Source: an uncultured Chloroflexia bacterium (GTDB taxonomy: Bacteria > Chloroflexota > Anaerolineae > JAAYZQ01). From it: a stretch of DNA of 64,000 bases. Both the position numbers and the translations under genes were made by a program. The stretch lies in contig CAVOXA010000010.1 in assembly GCA_963700285.1 (NCBI GenBank), positions 1,216,001 through 1,280,000 of the forward strand, in the 5' to 3' direction. Positions 12,777-23,724 of this stretch are shown in pieces. The notes under the pieces were generated by a model. It did not search any database. It worked only from the letters and a program-made list of their open reading frames with translations, and was not told where the DNA came from. How positions within the stretch are numbered: position 1 is the first letter of the stretch; each line of letters begins with the position of its first letter.

Positions 12777-14045
12777 CTACTTGCCCGTCTCGTCGAGATC
12801 CGCCAGATAACGCCGGATTTCGGAGCGCATCTCCTCGTCCTCAGCGGTGGCCAGGGCCTGTTCAAGTGCGGCTATGGCCTCCACTGGTTGGTCCAGTACC
12901 CTATAGGCCAAGCCCAGGTAAAAGTGCGCCTGGCTATAGCTGCCATCCAGTGCAACCGCCCGGCTCAAGTGTGCCAGCGCTAGGCGAAATTGACGCGCCT
13001 CCAACTCTACAGCTCCCAGCACTGTGTAGGCCGGTGCTGAGGTATCATCGTAGCGCAGAACCTGCTGGGCCGCTGCCGCGGCCTTGGCCGACTGGCCCGT
13101 CTCATAATAGCCGATAGCCATGTTGACCAGTGTGCTGGGCTGCGGCTCCCCAAAGGCCACAGCCTGGCGGTAGTGGGTCAGCGCTTCGTCGGTCTCATGA
13201 ATGGCCTGCAGGCTCAGTCCAAGGTTGTGCTCGATAGCACTCGTACCCGGCTCCAGTGCCAATGCTTGTCGAAAGGCGGCGATGGCCTTTTCGTGATCCC
13301 CTTGCTCGGCATGGACCAGACCCAGATTGTTGTGTATCTCGGCCCAGTCGGGTGCAAGGGTCCTGGCTGCCTCAAAAGACTGCTCCGCAAGCTCCATCTG
13401 TCCCTGTCCGAAATAGAAGGTACCGAGGGCGAGAGGGGGGTTGGCGTCGTCCGGGGCCAGGTCGCTGGCCCATGTCCAAGCCTGGACTGCGCATGGGCCA
13501 TAGGTCTGCGCCCCCACATCTCCCCTGGCCCACTGGCTGCATAACTGTCCAAGCCCCATGGGTGCAAGCGAAAGCACCCTCCGGACAGGGGATAAGCTCA
13601 GGGCCAGGCTGGCTGCCAAACACAGCAGCAATACAATGGCGCTCAACCCTGCCAGCTTTGCCAGGACTTTCTGGTATCCCTGAGATCGACGCTGGCTGGA
13701 CACTTTTTGGAGGTCGGCGCGACGCAAGAACCTGACTTCACAGCGGCTGAGCGCTTTCAAGGTCACATCACTGGGGCGATTTTCACCCAGCATGTCATCA
13801 CCAAAAGTGCTGCCTGGATTCAGAACTGCCACCTGCTGGCCGGTTCTCCACGAGTCAGCATAAGCGCCTGCCTGGCCTTTTGTGATCAGTCCCCAAAAAA
13901 CGGCACGGGCCCGAAGTGGCAGGATAACCTCGCCTGGGGAGTAGGTGTGGGTGCGTATCTGGCCCGTTAGGTAGGATAAATCAGCTGATTTCAGGCCCCA
14001 AGGGATGGCCAGCCGGTCCAACTGCTGGCGAATGACATCCTGCAT
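12777..14045 (-). CDS. cNMP-binding-domain + TM + TPR repeat protein (start uncertain)
   Basis: YSPGEVI...LNPGSTFGD...DVTLKALS cNMP-like fold; one TM; TPRs (AEIHNNLGLV, QAHFYLGLAY). Confidence 0.8.
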   Translation of the reverse strand: MQDVIRQQLDRLAIPWGLKSADLSYLTGQIRTHTYSPGEVILPLRARAVFWGLITKGQAGAYADSWRTGQQVAVLNPGSTFGDDMLGENRPSDVTLKALSRCEVRFLRRADLQKVSSQRRSQGYQKVLAKLAGLSAIVLLLCLAASLALSLSPVRRVLSLAPMGLGQLCSQWARGDVGAQTYGPCAVQAWTWASDLAPDDANPPLALGTFYFGQGQMELAEQSFEAARTLAPDWAEIHNNLGLVHAEQGDHEKAIAAFRQALALEPGTSAIEHNLGLSLQAIHETDEALTHYRQAVAFGEPQPSTLVNMAIGYYETGQSAKAAAAAQQVLRYDDTSAPAYTVLGAVELEARQFRLALAHLSRAVALDGSYSQAHFYLGLAYRVLDQPVEAIAALEQALATAEDEEMRSEIRRYLADLDETGK

Positions 14046-14408
14046 CACATCCGAACGCAGACCACCTTCCACAACTTGGTCGCCGCTCAAGCCTTGTTTG
14101 TTCACCCAACGTTCTCCTACCGTCGCTCCCGTGACTTGCCAACACCACCAGTTTACCACGTTTCTCCAAGGCTGTCAACATGGACGCGGGAGCCCTCCCA
14201 TCCCACTTGATTTCTGGTGAATACTATTGTTTTCAGTCATAAAGCGCAAAAGTGTTTTGACTGGGCGATCCTCCCTCAGGTTCGCGCTGGCTACTGCCCT
14301 GCTACTGATAGATTTTGCCATGCGGCTGGGCACCAGAACAAGGCAGAAACCTGCGGCAGGGCGCCGCGCGCGACTTTTCTCCAACCCCAGATCCACCAAG
14401 TTGTCTAT

Positions 14409-14437
14409 TTTACAAATATCGGATCTTGGTGTATAAT
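14409..14437 (+). promoter_or_regulatory. Sigma70-type promoter
   Basis: TTTACA-17 nt-TATAAT upstream of the 14482 CDS. Confidence 0.6.
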
Positions 14438-14481
14438 AAATGTACTTATCGGTTGATATGCGCTGAAAAAGGGGGTATGCT

Positions 14482-16690
14482 ATGGTAAAGAGAAAAAAGA
14501 TGGACATTCCAGTAGAAGTGAGCGGTCGACTGGTGACGAACCGGGGAGTACACCTGCAACCCTTTGGACACCATGGAGATTGGCTAAACAACGCCTCCTA
14601 CTGGGTGGACCTACTGGTGAGTATGGGAATGTCCTGGGTTGTGCTTCTCACCGACAGCGATGCTGTGCGGCAGACGCACTATGGCTTGAACCCTCTGAAG
14701 GTACTGCTGGACGCAGGCATCATCCCCATCATCCGCGAACAGCGGGATTTCCCCAGGCCCTTTACTGATCACGATACCTTCCGGTGGACGGTGGATCTGT
14801 ATGGGCAGTATGGCCTCAAACCGTTTTGGATCATCCGCAATGAGCCCTTTGACGATCGAGAATGGGCCAAACATCGCGTGCCGCCCGACGCCTGGGACAT
14901 CATTATGAGCGTCTGGACCCAAGCGGCCAGCTTTATCGCCGCCAATGGCGGCTATGTCGGATTTCCCGATGGTCCCTGCTATGACTTTAACCCCTTTGAA
15001 AGCATAAAGGCCTTTGACTGCCGGTGGATCTTTGATGAGGGTCTTGGCTTCTACACCGGCCATCACTATGGCAAGAACCGGCCCCGTGATTATCCTTACG
15101 ACGCCGTTACTCGCCATGGCGCGCAGTTGACCGAGGAGGCATATCAGCGGATCCTGGACGACTATGCCGGCGATAGTACCTGGCGGGAAGAACCCATTGA
15201 GCTGCTTAACCAGCGGCGCAGCGAGTTGCAATCTGCCACGCTGACGGCCCTTGAGGACGATACCTGCTGGCGAGGCTGGGAAAAGATCGCCCGCTGGTCC
15301 CTGGAAACGCTTGGGTATGCGGCGCCCATGGCCATGACAGAAGGCGGCTGGGTACCGCGAGATCGCCCGGGTACAGGACACAACACGGACATCCGCATGC
15401 CATACACCACGCCCAAGATGGTGGCAAAAAAGACGCTGCAGATCTTTGATACGCCTTCCCCCTTCTTTGCCATCTGTCCCTGGCTGTTGGCCGACGAAGA
15501 CATGGGGGGCAGCGGTTGGCCTTTCGATGCCTGGCACGGCTGGGCTTACAGCGAAAAGTACGGACGCAAAAAGCCGGTCATTACCACCCTCCAGCAAAAC
15601 CCTCCTAAGGAGATCCAACCCCGAACCGAGCCAATGGTCATTGATGTGGATGGTGATACCCGAGACTGGAATTGGGTGGACCAGACTTATGGAACCAGCT
15701 ACCGCCGGGGCAAGACCTCTCTGCGGCTTATCGAAGTCCATGAAAGTGAGGGGCCTGCAACCCTGGATGTGTGGGTGGTGGACGCCGCTGGCCTGCCTGT
15801 CAGTGGGGCCCAATTCTACTACTATCACCCCGACGCACCCACCATTGAGGTGGGAGAGTGGTACAGCCAGGGTGATCTCAAAACCACGGGCCCCGATGGC
15901 AGGCTGCGATTCGCACTACCGGCCAGCAGCATCCCGTGCGCGCCGGGCGGGTGCCAGGGTGCCATTTGGCCCAAGGGCCAGGGCGATGTGCTGGAGAAGC
16001 TGGGAATGCTGGCCGGTACGCGAAACCGTCACTTGAACGGCATGTGGCAGATGGTAGAGCCGGGTACTCCATTCCTGCCCAATCCGGAGCCCGATCCGGA
16101 ACCCACTCCAGTACCGGAACCCACCCCGGATCCGCAACCGCAACCCCAGGAAACAGGTTGGGAGATGTCAGTGGCGTACCAGGCCGGCCCACAGGTCATA
16201 GCTGGAACATTCCCCTACCCTGGCATCGACTTGACGGTTGCCGATCCATGGAACAATGCCAGCATTGTGACCAGTGGATCCAAGCCAGAGCACGGGGAGG
16301 GTGGCTTTGAGGTGCTCGCTCCACACCAGGTTGCCTACACCTTGGCTTTCCTGGGTGAGACCTTTGAAGTGCAGGTCAGAGAGGGAACCACGCTGGTTAC
16401 TTTCGACCGCATAGAGCCGCCTGCGCCCGTACCTGAGCCGGTACCTGTACCTGAGCCTGAGCCTGTACCTGAGCCCGAGCCTGTACCTGGACCTGCACCT
16501 GAGCCGGACCTGACCTGTACCTGTACCTGTACCCGGACCTGCCCCTGAGCCTGAACCCGAGCCTGAACCCGAGCCTGAACCCGAATCTGAAGTGGAAGCT
16601 GATCCCGGCCCACCAGGCGCGCGCTGGACAGCAATTCTTGAAAAGCTTGAGCAGATTGAATCCCTGATTGCCAGGCTGCCTGAAGAGTAG
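14482..16690 (+). CDS. Hypothetical protein: glycoside-hydrolase-like N-terminal domain, beta domains and PE-rich linkers (frameshift ~16510; C-terminus ...LIARLPEE*)
   Basis: RNEP and MTEGGW (GH clan-A-like acid/base and nucleophile motifs); PEP repeats continue in another frame to TAG at 16688-16690. Confidence 0.6.
16420..16585 (+). repeat. Hexanucleotide tandem repeats (CCTGAR/CCTGTA/CCCGAG) encoding a P-E/P-V linker
   Basis: Directly visible 6-nt periodicity. Confidence 0.85.
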
Positions 16691-16751
16691 CACTGAACCA
16701 GATACTCGGCTGGCTTCTGCTCTCTGTCTGCGGCATTCCTCTACCCATGAA

Positions 16752-16780
16752 AATCCCCCCTCCAATTCGGAGGGGGGATT
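16752..16780. terminator. GC hairpin between convergent genes (terminator or REP-like)
   Basis: AATCCCCCCTCC-AATTC-GGAGGGGGGATT. Confidence 0.6.
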
Positions 16781-16891
16781 GTGCCTGTCGGTGCTCGGCT
16801 TCAGGCAGTGCTACCCACAGGGTTGCCCAAGGCCAGATCTCACGGGCGCCGCTGCTCTGCAACAAGCGTTGGCCAGCGACGAACCATGGCC

Positions 16892-17653
16892 CTAGCCCAG
16901 GTCACCCAATTCATACAGGATGGCGGCTGCGGCTACAATGCCCGCGGTCTCGGCCCGCAGGATGCGAGGTCCCAGTGTCACGGGAATGAGACCATAGCGC
17001 CGGCCCTGGGCTACTTCTTCCGGCGTGAACCCACCTTCAGGCCCTACAAAGAGGTTGATGGTCAAGGGTGGCCGGCCTCGTTCCTGTCCGGCAGGGGCAT
17101 CGCGGAGTACTTGATGCAACCCCGGTAAAGATCCTTCCTCCCACGGAATCAGTGAGAGCCCGCTCGAACTCCGCGCTTGATCGCATGCCTGAAGGAAAAA
17201 AGTGGCGGGACGGAGGGCAGGTTTCCGGCCTCGCCGGCACTGTTCAGCGGCTTCCTGAATGATCCATTCCCAGCGACGGTTCTTTTTCTCCACAGCGTCC
17301 AGGTCGCGGACGACGCACCTCTCGGCTACGACCGGGGTGAATTCCACGACCCCGACCTCGGTTCCCTTTTGCAGGCACAACTCGAAGCGGTTGCTCTTGA
17401 GCACTCCCTGGTAGAGGCTGATCTTGGTCCGGGGTTCGGCAGCGGACAGTCGCCGGCGGATCACTTCTCCAGTCACGGCATTCTGTTCCACACGAGTCAG
17501 TCGCGCGTGGATCTCCCATCCCGAGTTATCGAGTACGATCACCTTGTCGCCTGGGCGCATTCGCAGGACGCGGGCGATCTGGTGGGCCTGCGGGCCGCTA
17601 ATTGATACCTCGTTGCCTCTGACCCAGGAAGATGGGATGAAAAAGCGGTGCAT
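16892..17653 (-). CDS. rsmE: 16S rRNA (uracil1498-N3)-methyltransferase
   Basis: HQIARVLRM, QKGTEVGV, EAAEQC, VGPEGGF, LGPRILRAETA. Confidence 0.95.
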   Translation of the reverse strand: MHRFFIPSSWVRGNEVSISGPQAHQIARVLRMRPGDKVIVLDNSGWEIHARLTRVEQNAVTGEVIRRRLSAAEPRTKISLYQGVLKSNRFELCLQKGTEVGVVEFTPVVAERCVVRDLDAVEKKNRRWEWIIQEAAEQCRRGRKPALRPATFFLQACDQARSSSGLSLIPWEEGSLPGLHQVLRDAPAGQERGRPPLTINLFVGPEGGFTPEEVAQGRRYGLIPVTLGPRILRAETAGIVAAAAILYELGDLG

Positions 17654-17659
17654 GGGCTC

Positions 17660-18634
17660 CTACCTTCTCTGGGCTACCAGGCATACCCAGTCCTGCTCCT
17701 GAGCCCGGCCAACGATCTGAAGGCCCGCATCCTGAAGGGCATCCCTGACATCCCCTTCCTGGTCATCTATCAGTCCGGCCGCGATCATGCGCCCGCCTGG
17801 GCCAAGCCGTGCCGCCAGAGAGGGAGCCATGCCAATGACCACTCTGGCCAGGATGTTGACCAGTACCAGGTCAAATTGGCCGGCCTCGAGGATGCCTACT
17901 GTGCGGTCCTCGCCGCCTTCCCTCAGCCCCCATCCAGCCGTCGTTCCTCCGGGCAGAGAGCCGTGCTGAAGCGTAACGCCGTGGGCTACTCCGTTCAGCG
18001 CGACGTTCTCACGAGCGACAGATATGGCCACAGGGTCGGCATCCAGAGCTAGCACAGAGCCCGCACCCAGTTTGATGGCGGCGATGGCCAGCACGCCCGA
18101 GCCAGTCCCCACGTCCAGGACTGTACAGCCAGGTGTCAGGCTTGTCTCCAGAGCCTCCAGGCACAGACGGGTCGTAGGGTGGAGGCCGGTACCGAAGGCC
18201 ATCCCCGGTTCCATGTGGATGACGGCCTCACCCGGCGCCGGTGTGTACGCTTCCCAGGCAGGCACAATGACGGTGCGCCGGCCCACGCGCAGCATATGGT
18301 AGTGCTGCTTCCAGGCTTCAACCCAGTCCTCCTCCGCCCGGGGCACGACGACCGGATCGGGGATAGGATAGATCTGTCCCAGATGCCATAGGCCCTCTCT
18401 CAGACATTGCTGTGCCTCCTCCGCAGTGCCATCCAGGGGCAGATACGCCTTGACGATGACCTCTGAGGGCGGTGGGGCGGTCGCCAGATCGGGTTCAAAA
18501 CAATCTACGGGCACTTCGATGACGGCGCCGCCCTGGCCATAGCGGTTGAACAGCTCGGCCACGGCTTCGGCCGCTTCACTATCTGTCGTTACACTGAACT
18601 CAAGCCATTCCAACTCGGCCCCCACACGTGCCAA
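17660..18634 (-). CDS. prmA: Ribosomal protein L11 methyltransferase
   Basis: EPGMAFGTGLHPTT, VLDVGTGSGVLAI, VLVNILA; lies downstream of dnaJ. Confidence 0.95.
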   Translation of the reverse strand: MARVGAELEWLEFSVTTDSEAAEAVAELFNRYGQGGAVIEVPVDCFEPDLATAPPPSEVIVKAYLPLDGTAEEAQQCLREGLWHLGQIYPIPDPVVVPRAEEDWVEAWKQHYHMLRVGRRTVIVPAWEAYTPAPGEAVIHMEPGMAFGTGLHPTTRLCLEALETSLTPGCTVLDVGTGSGVLAIAAIKLGAGSVLALDADPVAISVARENVALNGVAHGVTLQHGSLPGGTTAGWGLREGGEDRTVGILEAGQFDLVLVNILARVVIGMAPSLAARLGPGGRMIAAGLIDDQEGDVRDALQDAGLQIVGRAQEQDWVCLVAQRR

Positions 18635-18637
18635 ACG

Positions 18638-18664
18638 TCAGACGAGGCCCGCGGCCTCGTCTGA
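18638..18664. promoter_or_regulatory. Perfect 12-bp hairpin between the prmA SD and its start codon
   Basis: TCAGACGAGGCC-CGC-GGCCTCGTCTGA. Confidence 0.6.
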
Positions 18665-18670
18665 ACCTCC

Positions 18671-19792
18671 CTATATGCCCAATGCCTCTCTGAGCTTACT
18701 GAGCAGGCCCTTCTCCGGTTGGTGAACGACCTCCCTGCCCAGGGTCGCGCCCAACTCCTGGAACAATTCCCGTTGTCGCGGTGTTAGCCGCGAAGGGGTC
18801 CGAACGTGAACGATGATCACCTGGTCTCCGCGACCGTTGCGCCGCAGATAGGGCACGCCTTTGCCCCGCAGCCTGAAGGTCTCGCCTGTCTGCGTACCGG
18901 CCGGAATGGTCAGATCTTCGTCTCCATCCAGCGTGGGTACCGAAACCGCGTCGCCCAGCGCAGCCTGAGCAATATTGATATCCAATTCCAACATGACGTT
19001 GTTTTCGTCACGGCGAAAGGTGGGATGGGGCTGGACGCTCAGCACGACGTAGAGATTGCCCGTTGGGCCGCCACCCGTGCCCGGTTCGCCCTCTCCGGCC
19101 AAACGGATGCGCGTCCCATTGTCAACGCCCGCCGGGATCCTGACCGAGATGGTCCGCTCCACCTGGACAACCTTCTGGCCGTGGCAGCTCGTGCAGGGCG
19201 TGGTTACGATCTCCCGCTCCCCCTGACAGCGGGGACAGGTGGCTACCTGTACAAAAGAACCCAGGATGGTCTGCTGCTGGCGGCGGACCTCGCCGGTACC
19301 ATTGCATTGGGGGCAGCGGATCGGGTGCGTTCCCGGTTCAGCCCCGCTTCCCTGACAATGGGGACAGGTCTCGTGGCGGAGAACGAGAATCTCCTTTTCG
19401 GCGCCAAAGACTGCTTCTTCGAACTCGATGGTGAGATCGTAACGCAGGTCGGTTCCCCGGGTGGGCCCTCGGCGTGACGTCCCTGTCCGCATGCCACCGA
19501 AAAAGCTCTCAAAGATGTCCTCGATGCCGCCAAAGCCGCTGAAATCGCCCTGGCCACCAAAACCGCTCTGGGGGCCGGCATGACCAAAGCGATCATACAT
19601 GGCTCGTTTTTCAGGGTCCGACAGCACCTCATATGCTTCGTTGATCTCCTTGAAGCGTGTCTCGGCGTTGCCGTCCTTGTTCACATCCGGGTGATATTGG
19701 CGGGCCAGGCGACGAAAGGCTTTCTTGATCCCCTCTTGGGTTGCCTGCCGGTCTATCCCCAGTACCTGGTAGTAATCGCGTTTGGCACTCAT
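18671..19792 (-). CDS. dnaJ: Chaperone DnaJ
   Basis: J domain with HPD, G/F region, four CxxCxGxG-type repeats. Confidence 0.97.
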   Translation of the reverse strand: MSAKRDYYQVLGIDRQATQEGIKKAFRRLARQYHPDVNKDGNAETRFKEINEAYEVLSDPEKRAMYDRFGHAGPQSGFGGQGDFSGFGGIEDIFESFFGGMRTGTSRRGPTRGTDLRYDLTIEFEEAVFGAEKEILVLRHETCPHCQGSGAEPGTHPIRCPQCNGTGEVRRQQQTILGSFVQVATCPRCQGEREIVTTPCTSCHGQKVVQVERTISVRIPAGVDNGTRIRLAGEGEPGTGGGPTGNLYVVLSVQPHPTFRRDENNVMLELDINIAQAALGDAVSVPTLDGDEDLTIPAGTQTGETFRLRGKGVPYLRRNGRGDQVIIVHVRTPSRLTPRQRELFQELGATLGREVVHQPEKGLLSKLREALGI

Positions 19793-19799
19793 AGTTTAG

Positions 19800-19902
19800 G
19801 TTCAAAGTTCGAGGTTCGAAGTTCAATGTTCGAAGTTTAATGTTCGACGTTCAAAGTCCGAAAGACCTCGATGATCGAACGTCGAACCCAAAACCTCGAA
19901 CT
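19800..19902. repeat. Heptamer repeat array (9x GTTCRAN, then 4 inverted copies) in the dnaK-dnaJ spacer
   Basis: GTTCAAA GTTCGAG GTTCGAA GTTCAAT GTTCGAA GTTTAAT GTTCGAC GTTCAAA GTCCGAA ... TCGAACG TCGAACC CAAAACC TCGAACT. Confidence 0.85.
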
Positions 19903-19905
19903 CTC

Positions 19906-21798
19906 CTATGCCTCGCTAAACTCCCCCTCGACTACATCCTCATCGTCATCCGCAGGCGCGGCAGTGTCCTCCCCTTCAGGGGGCGGCGAGCCAGGCTGCT
20001 GGTACATCGAAGCGCCCATCTTCTGCACGGACTCTGAGAGTTCCTGGACCGCGCGCTGAATGGCCGCAACGTCCGACCCCTGCAATGCCGAGCGACAGGC
20101 TGTGACTTTTTCATTCACCTCGCCCTTAATGCCGTCGGGCATTTGCTCTCCCTGCTCGCGGATCAGCTTTTCGGCCTGGTAGATAAGCGAGTCGGCGTTG
20201 TTGCGAACCTCCACTTCCTCCCGCCGTTTCTGGTCTTCCTGTCCATAGCGCTCGGATTCTTGCACCATGCGATCGACTTCCTCACTGCTCAACCCGCTGG
20301 ATGCTGTGATGGTGATCGACTGCTCGCGCCCGGTGGCTTTGTCCTGGGCCGAAACGTGCAGGATGCCGTCGGCGTCGATGTCAAAGGTCACCTCGACCTG
20401 GGGAATCCCTCTGGGGGCCGGGGGAATGCCATCCAGGATGAACTTGCCCAGCGTCTTGTTGTTGACTGCCATGGGGCGCTCGCCTTGGAGTACGTGGATC
20501 TCGACGCTGGTCTGGCCATCGGCGGCGGTGGAAAAAATCTGGCTTTTTTTGGTGGGAATTGTAGCGTTGCGCTCGATGAGCGGCGTCGATACGCCTCCCA
20601 GCGTCTCGATGCTCAGGGTCAGGGGCGTCACGTCCAGCAGGAGCACGTCCTTGACTTCCCCCCCCAGGACCCCAGCCTGGATCGCCGCCCCCAGGGCCAC
20701 GACCTCATCGGGGTTGACACCCTTGTGCGGCACCCTGCCAAAGAACTTTTGCACAGCCTCCTGGATGGCCGGCATGCGAGTCATGCCACCTACCAGCAGG
20801 ACCTCGTCAATCTCGTCCGCAGACTTCTTGGCATCACTCAGCGCTTGCCGGCAGGGGCCGAGTGACTTTTCGATCAGATCCTCCACCAACTGTTCCAGTT
20901 TGGCTCGGGTCAAGGTCATCTGCAGGTGCTTGGGGCCGCTGGCGTCGGCGGTGATGAACGGGAGGTTGATCTCGCTCTGCATCGTCGTCGAGAGTTCGAT
21001 TTTGGCCTTTTCGGCAGCCTCTTTGAGGCGTTGCAAGGCCATCCGATCCCCTCGCAGGTCGATCCCCTGCTCTTTGCGGAATTCGTCGGCGACCCAGTTG
21101 ATGACGCGCTGATCAAAGTCATCCCCGCCCAGGAAGGTGTCGCCATTGGTCGAAAGCACCTCGAATACCTCGTCGCCCACGTCGAGGATACTGATGTCAA
21201 AGGTACCGCCACCCAGGTCATACACGGCAACCCTTTGATCGACCCCTTTGCCCAACCCATAGGCCAGGGATGAAGCGGTGGGCTCGTTGATGATGCGCAA
21301 TACATTCAGCCCAGCGATTCTGCCTGCATCCTTGGTTGCCTGGCGCTGGCTGTCGTTAAAATAGGCCGGAACAGTAATGACCGCATCTACCACCGACTGG
21401 CCCAGGTATGCCTCTGCATCCTGCTTGATCTTTTGCAGGATCATGGCCGAGATCTCGGGCGGCGAATAGTCCTTGCCCCCCATCGTCACCCAGGCATCAC
21501 CGTTGGGCTGATTGCTGATGCTGTAGGGCAATATCTCACGTGCCTTGGCGACCTCGGGCTCGCTGTATTTCCGCCCCATCAGCCGCTTGATGGAAGAAAT
21601 GGTGTTCTCGGGGTTGGTGATGGCCTGCCGTCGGGCAACCTGCCCGACCATCCGCTCGCCGGTTTTGGGATTGACCGCTACCACCGAAGGGAACAGGCGC
21701 CCCCCCTCCGAGCTGGAGATGATGGTTGGTTCACCGCCCTCCATGACAGCGCACACAGAGTTGGTTGTACCCAGGTCAATGCCGATGGTTTTTGCCAT
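19906..21798 (-). CDS. dnaK: Chaperone DnaK (Hsp70)
   Basis: [48 protein letters not shown]. Confidence 0.98.
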   Translation of the reverse strand: MAKTIGIDLGTTNSVCAVMEGGEPTIISSSEGGRLFPSVVAVNPKTGERMVGQVARRQAITNPENTISSIKRLMGRKYSEPEVAKAREILPYSISNQPNGDAWVTMGGKDYSPPEISAMILQKIKQDAEAYLGQSVVDAVITVPAYFNDSQRQATKDAGRIAGLNVLRIINEPTASSLAYGLGKGVDQRVAVYDLGGGTFDISILDVGDEVFEVLSTNGDTFLGGDDFDQRVINWVADEFRKEQGIDLRGDRMALQRLKEAAEKAKIELSTTMQSEINLPFITADASGPKHLQMTLTRAKLEQLVEDLIEKSLGPCRQALSDAKKSADEIDEVLLVGGMTRMPAIQEAVQKFFGRVPHKGVNPDEVVALGAAIQAGVLGGEVKDVLLLDVTPLTLSIETLGGVSTPLIERNATIPTKKSQIFSTAADGQTSVEIHVLQGERPMAVNNKTLGKFILDGIPPAPRGIPQVEVTFDIDADGILHVSAQDKATGREQSITITASSGLSSEEVDRMVQESERYGQEDQKRREEVEVRNNADSLIYQAEKLIREQGEQMPDGIKGEVNEKVTACRSALQGSDVAAIQRAVQELSESVQKMGASMYQQPGSPPPEGEDTAAPADDDEDVVEGEFSEA

Positions 21799-21932
21799 GA
21801 TTCTACTCCTTGGTTCTGTCCCAGACCCTCAGGGTCTTTGGTTGTAGTGCGTAGCCTTGCTAGCACTGAACGTTTTTGGTGTTTCCGTATCGCCGGCCTT
21901 TACCAGAGGTCCCAAGGGTCCTCCGGTACGGA

Positions 21933-22622
21933 CTAGGCCTGCTCCTCATTCTCAGGTTCGGGGTCGGGCGGTATTCCTGCCGAGACGCGAACCACGCTGG
22001 GGCGCAACACACGGTCTCCCATCCGGTAGCCTTTTTGCAGTTCGGCGATAACCTGTCCTGCCGGCACGGTTTCTGAGGGCTCGTGTGTGAGAGCCTCGTG
22101 CAAGAAGGGATCGAATTCCTGGCCTACCGCCTCGATGACCGTCACACCAGATTGCGCCAGCAGCCGCTCCAGGTTGCGCCGGATCAACACGATCCCCTCG
22201 ATCCAGGGTAGGTCCGAAAGGTTCTCAGGCATCGTCTCCAGTGCTCGCTGGAAATCATCGACGATAGGCAGTACCCTGGCCAGTGCATCGCCCTTGGCGT
22301 TGGCATAGGTCTGTTCTTGCTCGCGCTGGAACCGCTTGCGGGCATTGGAAAGTTCAGCCCTGGCGCGCTGCCAACCATCCAGGTATTCGGCCTCTTTGGC
22401 TTTGGTTTCGGCCAGCTCCTGACGGAGGGCAGTCAGCTCATCAGTTTCCGTCTCCCTGCTGGGCGATTCCTCCCCTTCTCCAACTGGTTGCTCGCTCTGA
22501 TCCTCTTGAAGCCCCTGTCTCGAGGCATCCCCCCAGCCAGCGGAGGGGTCCGTCGAAGGCATCGATCCCCCTTGGTCCTGCTCTTCTATCGTTTCGGCTG
22601 CTTTTTGCTTTTTGTTAGACAT
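21933..22622 (-). CDS. grpE: Nucleotide exchange factor GrpE
   Basis: QRARAELSNARKR, FDPFLHEA, KGYRMGDRVLRPSVV. Confidence 0.95.
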   Translation of the reverse strand: MSNKKQKAAETIEEQDQGGSMPSTDPSAGWGDASRQGLQEDQSEQPVGEGEESPSRETETDELTALRQELAETKAKEAEYLDGWQRARAELSNARKRFQREQEQTYANAKGDALARVLPIVDDFQRALETMPENLSDLPWIEGIVLIRRNLERLLAQSGVTVIEAVGQEFDPFLHEALTHEPSETVPAGQVIAELQKGYRMGDRVLRPSVVRVSAGIPPDPEPENEEQA

Positions 22623-23670
22623 GTTGTTCCTCGTTCGCTCGCGGTTCTTCGATCCCGCCATATAGTTCGCGGAACAGGTCGCTCATCAGCCTGGCCACGT
22701 AGCGCACCGTCGAGATGGCCCGGCTGTAGGGCATTCGCATCGGCCCCATCACTCCCAGCGCGCCAATGGCCTCGCCGCTGACGCCATAGGGAGAAACTAC
22801 CAGGCTGCATTCGCTCAGCTCATTCCAACGCCCCTCGCCACCAATGACCACCTGGACACCGCCAACCTCCAGCATGTCGGTAAGCAGATCCTCCATGAGG
22901 GTTCGATCTTCAAACAGGTGGACGATGCTCCTGGCGCTCTCGGGCACGGAGAACTCGGGCTGGTACAAGATGTTGCTCAGCCCATCCCGGTATAGGTGGA
23001 GACCGGCCTGATTATCCACCCGTGTCATTACCTGCACTACGACATCCAGAACCTGCTGCTCAAAGGCTCCCAATTGCCCGCGGCAGGCCTTCACCCGTTG
23101 GACAGATGCTCCCACACACAGGTCATTCAACCGGTTGGCGATCTGGCTCAGCGAGTCCTGCTGGACCGGCTCATCCAGAGACAGCATCTGCTGGCGCACG
23201 ATGCCACCCTCCAGCACGGCGATGAGCATGCCCATGGTGTCATGGATGGAAATCAACTGCAAGTGCCTGAGACGGCAACCTTCGGTCTTGAGGCTGGTCA
23301 CAACGGAGGCAGATTGGGCTGTGCGGGCCAGCACCGAGGCCGCTAGCCTCATCCACTGTTCCAGGTCGACCCCCACCTGGTGAAACTGGTGGCGGATGGT
23401 CCTTTGCTCGTCCGGCGACAGTTGCGACTCCTGCATAAGGCGTTCCACAAAGTAGCGGTAGCCCCGCTCCGTGGGTACGCGCCCCGCCGAGGTGTGTGGC
23501 TGAATCAAATAGCCCGATTCTTCCAGGACAACCATCTCGTTGCGGATAGTAGCCGAGCTGACTCCCAAGCCATAGCTCTCAATGGTCTTGGAGCCAATGG
23601 GCTGCGCGGCCGAGACATACTCCCGGATCACGAGAGCCAGGATCAATTGTTGACGCGGCGTAATCTCCAT
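22615..23670 (-). CDS. hrcA: Heat-inducible transcription repressor HrcA
   Basis: SSATIRNEM, QPHTSAGRVPT, GVMGPMRMPY. Confidence 0.97.
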   Translation of the reverse strand: MEITPRQQLILALVIREYVSAAQPIGSKTIESYGLGVSSATIRNEMVVLEESGYLIQPHTSAGRVPTERGYRYFVERLMQESQLSPDEQRTIRHQFHQVGVDLEQWMRLAASVLARTAQSASVVTSLKTEGCRLRHLQLISIHDTMGMLIAVLEGGIVRQQMLSLDEPVQQDSLSQIANRLNDLCVGASVQRVKACRGQLGAFEQQVLDVVVQVMTRVDNQAGLHLYRDGLSNILYQPEFSVPESARSIVHLFEDRTLMEDLLTDMLEVGGVQVVIGGEGRWNELSECSLVVSPYGVSGEAIGALGVMGPMRMPYSRAISTVRYVARLMSDLFRELYGGIEEPRANEEQHV

Positions 23671-23724
23671 CTTTTCCCCAAATCATCCATACCGGCACAA
23701 ACACTGACCTATTTGAATAGATCG

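Noticed and set aside
16420-16585. Repeat array as CRISPR
   Set aside because: 6-nt coding repeats with no spacers; no CRISPR array or cas gene seen anywhere in the window.
20143-21112. Long antisense ORFs opposite dnaK (and similar ones opposite other genes)
   Set aside because: Expected shadow ORFs from high-GC codon bias; no motifs or SD.
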